Positions 1 to 9,854 are shown, numbered from the stretch's first letter. The stretch: 64,000 nucleotides of DNA from Candidatus Bathyarchaeota archaeon (GCA_963775465.1 CAVZIW010000013.1:64001-128000), one strand, 5' to 3'. Notes: generated from the letters alone by a model not told the origin. Translations and numbers: made by a program.

Positions 1-118
1 GCTCACTATGCAACTGACTGGTCAAAAAAAACTTAAGCAACAAGTACATTATAGTAATTGCAGATAGTTTGATGATAACTTTATCTTTCTAGTTTTGCGC
101 TTACCATGCATCTAGATT

Positions 119-388
119 TTGAGAGGTGATGTAATATTGAAGGTGTTTGATGCGATGATATTAAAAAGAGAAATGCAGACTAATTGCAGATTAGACGTAA
201 AGATTCTTGATACTTCGAAAGATGGTCTTATCTTGAGAATTATGGAAAACATAGTTGATAAGGATTCTCTCGAGCTTATAAGAGATTTTGTTAACCGACA
301 TAAACTTAATATTTTATTAGATAATGGGGTTTACTTCATTTCTAAGGAAAGCCTTTCCCCATATGAGCCTACCTATTTATCAGAATAG
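119..388 (+). CDS. small hypothetical protein
   Basis: 89-aa ORF with protein-like composition; AGGTGA at 123-128 suggests the true start is slightly downstream. Confidence 0.5.
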   Translation: MRGDVILKVFDAMILKREMQTNCRLDVKILDTSKDGLILRIMENIVDKDSLELIRDFVNRHKLNILLDNGVYFISKESLSPYEPTYLSE

Positions 389-760
389 CGTGATCCAAGT
401 TTATAAACGGGCAATGAACCGTAAAATTCCAATTTGAGAAAGGCAATTTGGATTGTTGTCTTTTTTTGAAGTCACATATACTCTTTTTGTTAATTTGAAT
501 ATTTTTAAGAAGGTAGTTGCAGTTGGCTGAATGTCCTTGCTGTGGCAAATAAAATGAGAAACCAGAAAGGACACTTAATAATCATTTTTTTACCCTTGAA
601 GCATATGTTTGCAATTGTTGTGGTAGACATTTTCACATTCAAAAATAGAAATACAAAACTAATTCGGGACAGAATAACTAAGCGCTCCCTAAGTGTAGTA
701 TCAAAATGTAGCCACAAACTCTTTAATTATTTTTTACAAATAATTGTTTCTAGTGATTTT

Positions 761-946
761 ATGGCAGAGCCAGTTTTTGAATGGTATTGCGATAAGGCAG
801 GAAAGTTCAGGTTCAGACTAAAAGCTGCCAACGGAGAAATAATTGCAGTCAGCGAAGCCTACCAATCCAAAGAAGGATGCGTAAACGGAATAGAATCAAT
901 CAAAAAGAATGCTCCAATCGCAAAAATAGTAGAAGCCAAAGAATAA
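761..946 (+). CDS. YegP/DUF1508 (UPF0339) family protein, single domain
   Basis: MAEPVFEWYCDKAGKFRFRLKAANGEIIAVSEAYQSKEGCVNGIESIKKNAP matches the family pattern; real ATG at 761 inside ORF 542..946. Confidence 0.9.
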   Translation: MAEPVFEWYCDKAGKFRFRLKAANGEIIAVSEAYQSKEGCVNGIESIKKNAPIAKIVEAKE

Positions 947-999
947 GAAAACAAAATGTTTAATCCACCTTCTTCTCTTTTTTGCTTCAAAACATTAGT

Positions 1000-1317
1000 T
1001 CAGAATTTAATTTGTCTTAATTCTTGCTCCAAACAGTCAAATAGAGGGGCATCTTGTTTTACAAGTATAATAAATGTCTCCTTGAACTGGAAAATACGTG
1101 CTTCAACATTTTTATTATTAAAACCAAGTCCATACTCTTCTCTAGTGCTTATCATGCCAGGAGTTGTCTGCAACAAATTCACCATACGCAAAAAGTCCCT
1201 ATCATCAAAGGTAAAAGCATAAACTTCAGGAATTGGCTTATCTGAAAGTTTTTTCCAAACATTGATAAGAATTCTATCAGAAACTTGATCAGTAGACGGA
1301 AGTTGAGGCAACTGCAA
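1000..1317 (-). CDS. hypothetical protein
   Basis: 105-aa ORF with protein-like composition, no recognised motif. Confidence 0.55.
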   Translation of the reverse strand: MQLPQLPSTDQVSDRILINVWKKLSDKPIPEVYAFTFDDRDFLRMVNLLQTTPGMISTREEYGLGFNNKNVEARIFQFKETFIILVKQDAPLFDCLEQELRQIKF

Positions 1318-1688
1318 AACGATATCCTCACATTGATTGATATAATATTCGTGTAAAGCAATTGTTTAAAATGTTACTGTAATTTGACGGATTTATCTCA
1401 TCAGTTTACTAATATTTTTCTCATAACTTTAAAGCTTAAGCCAAAATTTGGGAAAATAGTTTTTGAAATATTTCTATTTCTGAAATATGCCTTTTAAGCT
1501 TTAGAATCAATTTCATTATATGAGGAGAAAGGAAACCTTCATCAAAGAAGGAAACCCTCGCCTAAAGAGAGGAAGCACCTCTCTTTATTATTTAATACTT
1601 GCCGGCATTCATAAATGAAAAAAAGATTTGTTGTCTCCTTTTGCAATCACATATGCTCTTATTCTACTTTGAGTTGAATCTTTTGGAG

Positions 1689-1841
1689 ATGTTGTTGGTT
1701 CACTGTCATAGTTGTGGGAAGGAAGTTGAAAAACCTTCAAGAATACTGAAGAACTATAGCTTTACTATTCACGCCTATAACTGTGAAAAATGTCACCATA
1801 ACTTCAAAGTCAAAATAAACCAATCAGAATATATTGTTTGA
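1689..1841 (+). CDS. small Zn-ribbon protein
   Basis: MLLVHCHSCGKEV...YNCEKCHHNF, two CxxC motifs; GGAG before ATG. Confidence 0.6.
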   Translation: MLLVHCHSCGKEVEKPSRILKNYSFTIHAYNCEKCHHNFKVKINQSEYIV

Positions 1842-2011
1842 GCTAATGTGATGCTCCATAACTAATTTTTAAGGTTTCAGTTGATTTGTATATTTGCTGT
1901 ATTTTAAATCAAAATATTAATGGTCAAATTATTGTTCTTATCTGTTCCTCCTTTGGAACGGTTTGTTCCATAATGAGAGTAATAAGATACAATCTGTCTA
2001 GATAGTATTGT

Positions 2012-2542
2012 ATGCAAATCAAAAAACCTAAGAGACTAAGCCTAATTACTGTAATGATGATTTCCCTAAGTGTTGCATTAATCTACACAGCAACAAATAA
2101 CAATCTAGCTTTTGCACCAGCTCCCATATCATCTTCAACACCCTCAGCATACTCAAAATCGGATCCCAAACCAGTAAATATAGAAGTAAAGGTTACACCT
2201 TGGGGAAATATGTATAGAGAAGAACCTGACACCAAAGCAGATTTCGATGTTGAATTGGTATATCCCAACCAAAATGAAAACTTTACAACTAACTCTTTTA
2301 CCGTAGTTGTAAACGCAGGTGCATACTTCTGGATTGTTGAAAAAGCCCACTATACCAGTGACTTATTCTCTGGCGAAAGATGGATAAACATCAGCAAAAC
2401 ACAATACTCAGTAGACCTGCAGAAAACTTTCACATTTAACCTGACAAATGTACCAGAGGGTAATCATTATTTGACATTAACGGTAATATTTCATGAGGGA
2501 ACCTGGAACAACGCTACAGCATTTTTTAATGTTTTAAAATAA
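2012..2542 (+). CDS. secreted/membrane-anchored beta-rich (Ig-like) hypothetical protein
   Basis: Basic N-terminus plus hydrophobic helix; C-terminal 'LTNVPEGNHYLTLTV' Ig-like pattern; N-x-S/T sequons. Confidence 0.7.
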   Translation: MQIKKPKRLSLITVMMISLSVALIYTATNNNLAFAPAPISSSTPSAYSKSDPKPVNIEVKVTPWGNMYREEPDTKADFDVELVYPNQNENFTTNSFTVVVNAGAYFWIVEKAHYTSDLFSGERWINISKTQYSVDLQKTFTFNLTNVPEGNHYLTLTVIFHEGTWNNATAFFNVLK

Positions 2543-2986
2543 GATGAATCTGGTTAGCCCTCATAGTGAAAATCCTATTTTCTTTTTTGTTGTTTATTCA
2601 AGTGGTATTTTATTCGTATTTAATGTAAAGTCTCTCCATTTATCATGGAAGTAGCTGAAGAGGCTCAAAAACTTGATCAGTATAGAAATACATGTTTCTA
2701 GGCATTTCAAAGCCTATTTTCATATTTTACTATAGATTTTCATGTTGAGTTGGCACCCTGATTAGAAGAAATATACTCTGGCAGGAAAGAGAATACTTGA
2801 AATGCAAGAAAGAAACATACACATAGGAAGATACAGAAAGATAAAAGAGACAGTTATCAAAAGCTATCTGTAAAATAGTTTATAGAGTGTTTTTCGTTGA
2901 TTTTCTAGGGAAATAAGATGTTTTATGATGTATCACAGATTAGGGCGCATATTTAGAGCATATTCTTTGATTTAGACTTCTGTGTT

Positions 2987-3823
2987 CTAAACTGTGGAGT
3001 TATCAGGCTTAGTTACGCTTCTCTTCAGATGCCTCACATACAGCACCAGAGAGATAACAATTATCACCAAGATGGCAATAGTTGCCAAGGCTAACGATGT
3101 TATCTGTGAAGTAGTGCTATTGTCTACTGGGATAGTATTTGTTGGTGTTGGAGTTGTTGTTGGATTAGACGATGGATTTGGAGTAGAGGTGGAAACAGAG
3201 CCTTCAGGAATAATAATTGTTTGTGTGTTACTCCAATCGCTTGTTTCACCTGTATAGACGTAATAGTCATACGTTCTTGGGTCAAATTCAGTGGGGGTAG
3301 TTTTGAGGATTGTTTGATATCCTATGAATGCTTGAACTTGAAAATCTACTTGGCCAGCAATGGGGAAACCCTCTATTTTCCAAGCATAATAATCGCTTCC
3401 ATTATTTGAACTGAAACCGAAATCAATAATATCGTATTCATGTCTTGTTGCTTCAAAATAATATCCTACAGGATAATAGCGCCAGTAGTCTCCATAATGA
3501 CCCTTCGAGCTGACATTATACCATAAATTGATGTAGTTACCATTCGTATCTTTGAATGTGGTGAAAGGCGAATTCTTAATAATGAATTCTATCGATATAT
3601 TTTGTACATAGTAACCCGCTTGGATTATAATAGTTCTTCCGGTATAGGCGTCTGTACCATAAGTTGGCGGTACATCATATGAATTATCCACGTATTTTAA
3701 AGTGAATTCTGGAACAGAAGGTTTAGGTATTGCCTGAGCAGAAACAAATTCAACCATTATCAGACCTGAGAGTGTTAAGAGGGTTACAAGCAAAATAGAG
3801 AGAACTCTACCCAAACAGCTCAT
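2987..3823 (-). CDS. surface protein with signal peptide, S/T/P linker and C-terminal TM anchor
   Basis: Signal peptide, 'PKPSVPEFTLK' start, PTTTPTPT linker, TM helix followed by RHLKR. Confidence 0.8.
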   Translation of the reverse strand: MSCLGRVLSILLVTLLTLSGLIMVEFVSAQAIPKPSVPEFTLKYVDNSYDVPPTYGTDAYTGRTIIIQAGYYVQNISIEFIIKNSPFTTFKDTNGNYINLWYNVSSKGHYGDYWRYYPVGYYFEATRHEYDIIDFGFSSNNGSDYYAWKIEGFPIAGQVDFQVQAFIGYQTILKTTPTEFDPRTYDYYVYTGETSDWSNTQTIIIPEGSVSTSTPNPSSNPTTTPTPTNTIPVDNSTTSQITSLALATIAILVIIVISLVLYVRHLKRSVTKPDNSTV

Positions 3824-3966
3824 AGATGCAATATGGAAACTTTGATAATTAAAGCCTTATCGTAAAGGATCCTTGACCATCCTTAGTCAAAGTTTCTTTA
3901 CTAAAAAGTAGAAGCAAACCTAATTCTCCCAAATAATTCTTTAAATGATTAGCTGAATTGCTTATT

Positions 3967-4242
3967 TCAGTTTACAGAGATGTGATTTTTTTGCAGTTTA
4001 ATTTTACCGTGAAAAACAAGGTATGAAAAAATTGCAATTGCTGACCCCACAACACTAATCAAAATACCAACATGGAATCTTGGATAAGTAGTGATTACTT
4101 GATTGTTTAAAGTTATTATTTCAGTAGTTGAAGAGGCATTTAAGATGCCACTTACAATAAGAATAACACCTAATAACAGAAGTAAGGGTGCAATTATTCT
4201 TCTAAATACCCCAATCAAGTCAATTGAAGAGTTATTTAACAT
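3967..4242 (-). CDS. small two-TM membrane protein
   Basis: Two hydrophobic segments in 91 aa. Confidence 0.6.
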   Translation of the reverse strand: MLNNSSIDLIGVFRRIIAPLLLLLGVILIVSGILNASSTTEIITLNNQVITTYPRFHVGILISVVGSAIAIFSYLVFHGKIKLQKNHISVN

Positions 4243-4386
4243 ATTTAGCCCTTCAACAACACTACATTCAAACTATCTCTTAACTTTTATTGTACACGAA
4301 TACAACGTTCCAAAATTGTTCTTTAATGGTCATTAAATAGCTCCTCTAGCACCCAGGTCAGCTCCAAGTAAAGGAATTGATTTAGA

Positions 4387-4596
4387 ATGAGAATTATATG
4401 TGAAGTATGTAAGTTGGAAGGTTACCTTCAGCAACTAGGCAACTACAGTAGAGTACGCCACTACAGAGGCAAAGGCAAATTCTACTATCACCAGCAAACC
4501 AGAGATTGGGTTCAAACTCAACTACGTAACATTGAACAATTGAACACCACAACAGATCAAAATACAGAGTTAACTGTTCAAACCACTCCCAGTTGA
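4387..4596 (+). mobile_element. Zn-finger ORF abutting tRNA-Gly; putative N-terminal fragment of a split (SSV-like) integrase
   Basis: CEVC...RVRHY...YYH motif; the +1 frame (4574-4801) stays open through the whole tRNA; assignment is inference. Confidence 0.45.
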
Positions 4597-4652
4597 AGGT
4601 TGCAATAAACTTAAATCAAGCTTAGATAATCCAAATACAAGCAAAACCAAGA

Positions 4653-4731
4653 GCGGCCGTCGTCTAGTCTGGTTTAGGACTTTAGCCTTCCAAGCTAATG
4701 ATCCCGGGTTCAAATCCCGGCGACCGCACCA
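4653..4731 (+). tRNA. tRNA-Gly(TCC), intronless, CCA encoded
   Basis: Cloverleaf: anticodon arm TTAGC-CTTCCAA-GCTAA, T-arm CCGGG-TTCAAAT-CCCGG, ends ACCA; one C.A mismatch in acceptor stem. Confidence 0.95.
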
Positions 4732-5575
4732 ACTATTTACAATAATTAGGACTCATTTGAGCTTATTTGGCTCAGGCTCTGACCTTATTATTTTTCGTTA
4801 AGAAACTTGGGTTCTTTGAAGCCTTTATCGTCTAAAGATTAACTCCTTCTCACATAGCGTGGACTTTTCGCCATAATATTGGTAGACAACAGAAGGTTAT
4901 TGTAAATACTTCACAACCTAATTTGTAAGTAAAAATTGAAACAAATAGTGCATAATCCTTTTATCGCACGTTAAAACCATGCATAAAAGTGGATCAAAAT
5001 GGTAAAGTGCCCTCGATGCAGAGCGGACTTTTGCAAACTCCAAAGCAAAATGGAAAACTCTTACTTCGCCGTAAACATTCATAGTTGCGATAAATGTCAT
5101 CACGTCTTCAAAGTATTTCGCGTCAAATACCCAACAACTAATCCTCGTTTAAGCTGACAGATGTTTCTAGCCCGTTCTATCCCATCCCCGAAACAACTAT
5201 TGCCCAGCGCAACGTATGTTGTTTAAAGGATACATAAAATCTTTCTAAAAAAGCGCAATAGCTATTTTTGTTACCCAATCTTACGTACTAACCGAATTGA
5301 ACTTGTAGATCACAAAGACTTTTTGAGAATAATTTGAATTGGCAAGCATCTTCAACTTTGGCTGAACAACAAAGAAGTAGCCACTTTACCCAATTATTCA
5401 GCAAATAAACAGGTCCAAGTTCCGGGTAAACGCGAAAATTCAATAATTCTGGCTTATATAGATCAGTCAATTTTCGTGCTAACTTTTGACTTCAATTTGA
5501 TAAGAACAGAAGAGCGATCGAAAAAGTGAAAAGCAACGCTTTACTGATTAGAGGTAATTGATGGTGACTTTAAAA

Positions 5576-5779
5576 ATGAGTGATATTGTAAATATGGCAG
5601 CTATTCAGTTAAACGGCGATAAACAAAATTTCATCCTAGACAAGAAAGACTTCAAAACAGGAAGTCGGGGATATTATGGAACCGGTAAGATGGTTGCAGC
5701 GGGCAAAAAATATCAAATAAGTATTCAAGCAGTAGAAATCGGTTCTAAACCTAAACCTGAAGAAGAGAAGAAAAAGTAG
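5576..5779 (+). CDS. small basic beta-rich conserved hypothetical protein
   Basis: GGTGA RBS; KDFKTGSRGYYGTGK...YQISIQAVEIGSK; T-rich terminator-like tract after stop. Confidence 0.8.
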   Translation: MSDIVNMAAIQLNGDKQNFILDKKDFKTGSRGYYGTGKMVAAGKKYQISIQAVEIGSKPKPEEEKKK

Positions 5780-5806
5780 AGTTTATTCTTTCTAATTTTT
5801 GTTTTT

Positions 5807-6310
5807 CTAAGGCAAGACTGTTGCGTTAAGAATCGAGACAACTTTGCGTGGTTTATCTCTTGCGTCAGTAGCTACTCTACCGATTGCGTCAACAACATCC
5901 ATTCCATCAATGACTTTGCCAAACTGCGGATGCTTGCTGTCTAAGTAGTTGTTATTCACCAAGTTGATGAAGAATTGGCTGCTCCCTGTGTCTGGTCCTG
6001 CATTTGCCATAGCGATGGTGCCTCTATCATTGCGGTTTTTTCTTGTAAATTCGTCTTTAATATCCGGTATCGATTGATCGCCACATCCGGTCCCTGTTGG
6101 ATCTCCGCCTTGAATCATAAATCCATCAATAACGCGGTGGAAGATTGTTCCGTTGTATGTTCCGCTTTGGACCAGATTCTTGAAGTTATCTGTCGTAATG
6201 GGCATGTCGTTGCGCAGTTGAATTGTTACGTCGCCCATGCTTGTGTGAAGTAAGATTCTTGGCCCATTTGCGTATTCATCTAGGGATTGGTTTGCTTTTT
6301 GTCCTGACAT
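5807..6310 (-). CDS. cyclophilin-type peptidyl-prolyl isomerase
   Basis: FHRVIDGFMIQGGDPTGTG, AMANAGPDTGSSQFFIN, LDSKH..FG motifs. Confidence 0.95.
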   Translation of the reverse strand: MSGQKANQSLDEYANGPRILLHTSMGDVTIQLRNDMPITTDNFKNLVQSGTYNGTIFHRVIDGFMIQGGDPTGTGCGDQSIPDIKDEFTRKNRNDRGTIAMANAGPDTGSSQFFINLVNNNYLDSKHPQFGKVIDGMDVVDAIGRVATDARDKPRKVVSILNATVLP

Positions 6311-6448
6311 AATTCTTCTCTATACCAATTAGAATTAAAGCTATTATTCCTATTGCAAGCAAAAAGAGTTATTTCCACTTTAGTATGTCTTAATTGCTGT
6401 AAAAGGAAATTAAGTAAGTGATTGAGTATCTTCAATTGTGCTTTGCTG

Positions 6449-7063
6449 TTAAGGTACAATAGTTGCTGTAATGATTGTGACAGAATTGACTGGACTGCTC
6501 ATTTCGCCTGGCATGTTGGGGTTCTCAGTTACCGGAGCGTTAGCGATTGCGTCAACAACATCCATTCCGGCGATTACGTTCCCAAATACAGTGTAGGTTG
6601 AATCAAAGTTAGCATATTGTCCGTTGTCTGCAACATTTATGAAGAATTCACTGGTTGCGGAATTAGGTTGATTAGTTTTTGCCATTGCTATTGTGTATGG
6701 TAAGTTGCGGTTGTTGCTGCCTATCTCATCGTTTATAGTGGGTATGCTACCGCTGACTTGTCCGCCTTGAATCATGAATCCTGTCATGGTTCGATAGAAT
6801 GTTGTGCCGTCATATTTTCCTTCTTTAACTAGATTGATAAAGTTTTCAGAAGTGATGGGTTTATCGGTTCTTAAATCTATAGTTATGTCTCCTGCCGTAG
6901 TTTGAAGCAAAACTTTGGTAGGGGGAATTGTTGTTGGCACTTGATTGGCTAAAGAGAAGTAAACTCCGACGCTGATAACTAGGATAGCTATAACAGCTAT
7001 TGCAAGCCATACCCTGTTTTGCGACTTATGAGCTGTTACCTTGCGGTTCTTTTTGGGCGCCAT
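6449..7063 (-). CDS. membrane-anchored cyclophilin-type PPIase
   Basis: N-terminal TM; FYR..GFMIQGG, AMAK..PNSATSEFFIN, YTVFG. Confidence 0.9.
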   Translation of the reverse strand: MAPKKNRKVTAHKSQNRVWLAIAVIAILVISVGVYFSLANQVPTTIPPTKVLLQTTAGDITIDLRTDKPITSENFINLVKEGKYDGTTFYRTMTGFMIQGGQVSGSIPTINDEIGSNNRNLPYTIAMAKTNQPNSATSEFFINVADNGQYANFDSTYTVFGNVIAGMDVVDAIANAPVTENPNMPGEMSSPVNSVTIITATIVP

Positions 7064-7193
7064 GTCTTGGTAGTCAACAACTCTTCATATAAATTTTCCC
7101 CATTGAGAGCTCAAAATAATCTTTTGCGAAGTCAAATATTAAAAACCAATCTTGAGAACACACGAGTTTGTATGTTAAGTAAAAATTGAAGGG

Positions 7194-8468
7194 TTAACTG
7201 TTTTGGGTTTTTATTTGGGCTATGCTACCATTGTCTGCCCAAACTTCAACCATAATAGCGTCTATTCCACCTGGATAAACCTTGTCAAGAGCAAATGTCA
7301 CAGTATATTGAGGATACAGTTCTAAAGAATTTTTAGTGTTGGGATGAAAAATCACGGTTGGCTGCCCGACCACTTGAAAGTCCGAGACTGTGGTACCTTC
7401 TGCTGTCCAACTGTAGCTGTTAAGGGCGTTTCTTGCCAACGTAACCACACGGTCACTTGAAATGTTGACTTCGGTGCTTCCAACGGAGAAGAGGAAATAA
7501 CCGTCAATCATGTCCACCAAGTCGCCGTCTCTAAAAACTAAGCTTAGACTTTTGGGCGAAAAATCAACGTTGTTCTCCGTGTACATTATTACTATTTTTG
7601 GAGATTCGCCCTGTGATGCAGTTAATTTCAAGTTGCCCTCCTTGATTTCGATATCTTGAGTTGAACTGCTAACCAGCGACAAAAGACTACTCATGTTCCC
7701 CAGATAGACAGTGCTCTCGTAAGCTGCAAGCCTCTCCAGCAGCCCTTTGGAACTGTCCACAGCGCTGGAAGGTTGTGGCTGGGAATATACTGGTGCTCCT
7801 TCCTGAATTAAGATTTGATATCTTGAGAATTGATTGTTACGGAATCTTAGGCTAACGTATAACTTGCTATCGCTGCTTGAAAGATCATAAGTCATAATCT
7901 GTTGAAGGGTTCCACCTAAATCGGTGCGCTGCTCAAAGTTATTGCTTAGCAAAGTGGCTTGGTAGTGGCTAGTGTCGATTTGGACGACGTTTTGCAAGAA
8001 ATTAATGGCATTATTAGTAGAACTGCTCCAAGACAACAGTTGATTGTACTTCGAAAGCAGGCTATCACGCTCACCTGACGTTTGGTTAAGTAGACTGCCT
8101 TGCAAGACAGCAACGCTTGCCGTGACAACCAACCCAATTAGCAGGACGCCCAGCAACGTTTTCCACTTCAATGTCAAGCCAATCCTCCTCCGCGGCTGCA
8201 CTTCCGGAGCTTCCTCCACGACCCTCATGGTATTCACAGAAGCAAAACCAAATGTAGAAAGCTTGTATAAACCATTATCATCTTTAGTAACCAGCTCGCC
8301 GAGGCTGTCAAGGTGGTAAGTCAAGTTAGAGCTTGAAACACCCAAGATCTCAAGCATCTCCGAGAAAGTTAGAGGTTTTTCGGATAGGATACGAAGGATT
8401 TTGCGGCGGGCAGGGTGCTTAAGTGAACTAAACATGACTGAGTAGATTTCTTCCCTGCTTTCTGGCAT
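7194..8468 (-). CDS. ArsR-like wHTH + TM + large extracytoplasmic domain (transmembrane transcription regulator)
   Basis: SLKHPARRKILRIL...LTFSEML...SSNLTYHL wHTH; TM around aa 105-123; about 300-aa ectodomain. Confidence 0.85.
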   Translation of the reverse strand: MPESREEIYSVMFSSLKHPARRKILRILSEKPLTFSEMLEILGVSSSNLTYHLDSLGELVTKDDNGLYKLSTFGFASVNTMRVVEEAPEVQPRRRIGLTLKWKTLLGVLLIGLVVTASVAVLQGSLLNQTSGERDSLLSKYNQLLSWSSSTNNAINFLQNVVQIDTSHYQATLLSNNFEQRTDLGGTLQQIMTYDLSSSDSKLYVSLRFRNNQFSRYQILIQEGAPVYSQPQPSSAVDSSKGLLERLAAYESTVYLGNMSSLLSLVSSSTQDIEIKEGNLKLTASQGESPKIVIMYTENNVDFSPKSLSLVFRDGDLVDMIDGYFLFSVGSTEVNISSDRVVTLARNALNSYSWTAEGTTVSDFQVVGQPTVIFHPNTKNSLELYPQYTVTFALDKVYPGGIDAIMVEVWADNGSIAQIKTQNS

Positions 8469-8891
8469 GCTTTCCCGCTGCTAAACGACCTATTTCTTCT
8501 TTGAGCCATTAAAACTTTGCCAAAAAACCAGCTAAATTACAGCAATCACGATTTTGAAGAATCGGAAATTAGAGGCAAAATCTGTGGATGACCGCAACTA
8601 CGTAATGGATGTTCTCTCGTTTCTCTTCATAGTCTACATTTCATAGCTGTATTTCTAGGTCAAATAGCCCAATGCTTTTGCAAACAGACGGCCGAAGCTT
8701 ATGCTTTTGCAATCCACTTCATTATTATAAAAAAAGAGAGCAAATTTGCATTTAGTCAACAAAAATAGACTAAAAATTCCAGTTTTGTTCACAAATCCTT
8801 ACAAAAAACCTTTTCAACCCAAAAAATTAAGGAAAATATCAGTTTAAGGAGAGGAAGAATAACGAATCTTCGACTAAAAAATCATAGAAAC

Positions 8892-9854
8892 TTGGGGTTT
8901 GGAACTCTGCGTTCTTGGCAAACTAAGTTGTTTAGCGCAGCATTGTTAGCGGCATTACTTTTAGCATTAGCCTCCGTCACGTCTGGGCGATCTGAAACAT
9001 ACAAGTTCATTGACAAATGGGGAATCCAAGGCAACGGTGAAGGTCAATTCGACCACCCCTATGACGTTGCACTCGACAACTCTGAGTGCATCCTATATAT
9101 CACCGACACATACAACCACCGCGTCGAGAAATTCACGACCGACGGCAAATATCTCTCGTCATGGGGCAGCTACGGTACCGGCAATGGGCAATTCAATTAC
9201 AGCATGGGCTTAACCATCGACACTCAAGACAACGTCTACGTAGCTGACACCTGCAATAACCGAATACAGAAATTCACCTCAGAAGGAGAATTCCTTGACA
9301 CCTTTGGCAGCACCGGCGCGGAAGAAGGACAGTTTCTCTGGCCCTACGACGTAGCAATTGACAGTGAAGGAAACATCTATGTTGCAGACTCAGGAAATTG
9401 CCGCATACAAAAGTTTACAAGTGCAGGCGTTTTCATCTGCAGTTGGGGTAGCAAGGGCAACCTTGAAGGAGAGCTAATGTATCCGCATGGAATAGACCTC
9501 GACGCAGCAGGCAACGTTTACGTCGGCGACTACCTTAACCACCGAATCGTCAAGTTCACTGACGACGGAACCTTCATTACGCAGTGGGGCAGCTGCGGAA
9601 CAGGTAACGGGCAACTCAGCACCACTAAAGGCGTCTTTGTCGACAGCGAAGGCAACGTATATGTGGCTGACTATTGGAACTGCCGCATACAAAAATTTAG
9701 TGGGGATGGCGCCTTCATCGGAACTTGGGGGACAAGGGGCAACGGAGACGGCCAGTTCAACACGCCTAAAGGTGTAGTAGTGGACGACGAAGGCTATATC
9801 TACATAGCTGACACTTCGAATAGCCGATTGCAGAAGTTCCAAGTACAATCTTAG
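8892..9854 (+). CDS. secreted NHL-repeat six-bladed beta-propeller
   Basis: Six repeats of WGsxGxgxGQFxxPxgvavDsxGNVYVADxxNxRIQKF; signal peptide. Confidence 0.95.
   Translation: MGFGTLRSWQTKLFSAALLAALLLALASVTSGRSETYKFIDKWGIQGNGEGQFDHPYDVALDNSECILYITDTYNHRVEKFTTDGKYLSSWGSYGTGNGQFNYSMGLTIDTQDNVYVADTCNNRIQKFTSEGEFLDTFGSTGAEEGQFLWPYDVAIDSEGNIYVADSGNCRIQKFTSAGVFICSWGSKGNLEGELMYPHGIDLDAAGNVYVGDYLNHRIVKFTDDGTFITQWGSCGTGNGQLSTTKGVFVDSEGNVYVADYWNCRIQKFSGDGAFIGTWGTRGNGDGQFNTPKGVVVDDEGYIYIADTSNSRLQKFQVQS

Noticed and set aside
1-4650. Second att copy or int(C) for the tRNA-Gly element
   Set aside because: No duplicate of the tRNA sequence or tyrosine-recombinase ORF seen in the window, so element boundaries are not called
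4802-5520. About 700-bp gap with short minus-strand ORFs (4918..5103, 5288..5470)
   Set aside because: No recognisable motif or RBS; probably a decayed gene that cannot be assigned
8990-9850. Periodic DNA repeats that could be mistaken for an array
   Set aside because: They are coding NHL repeats in one open frame, not CRISPR repeats and spacers
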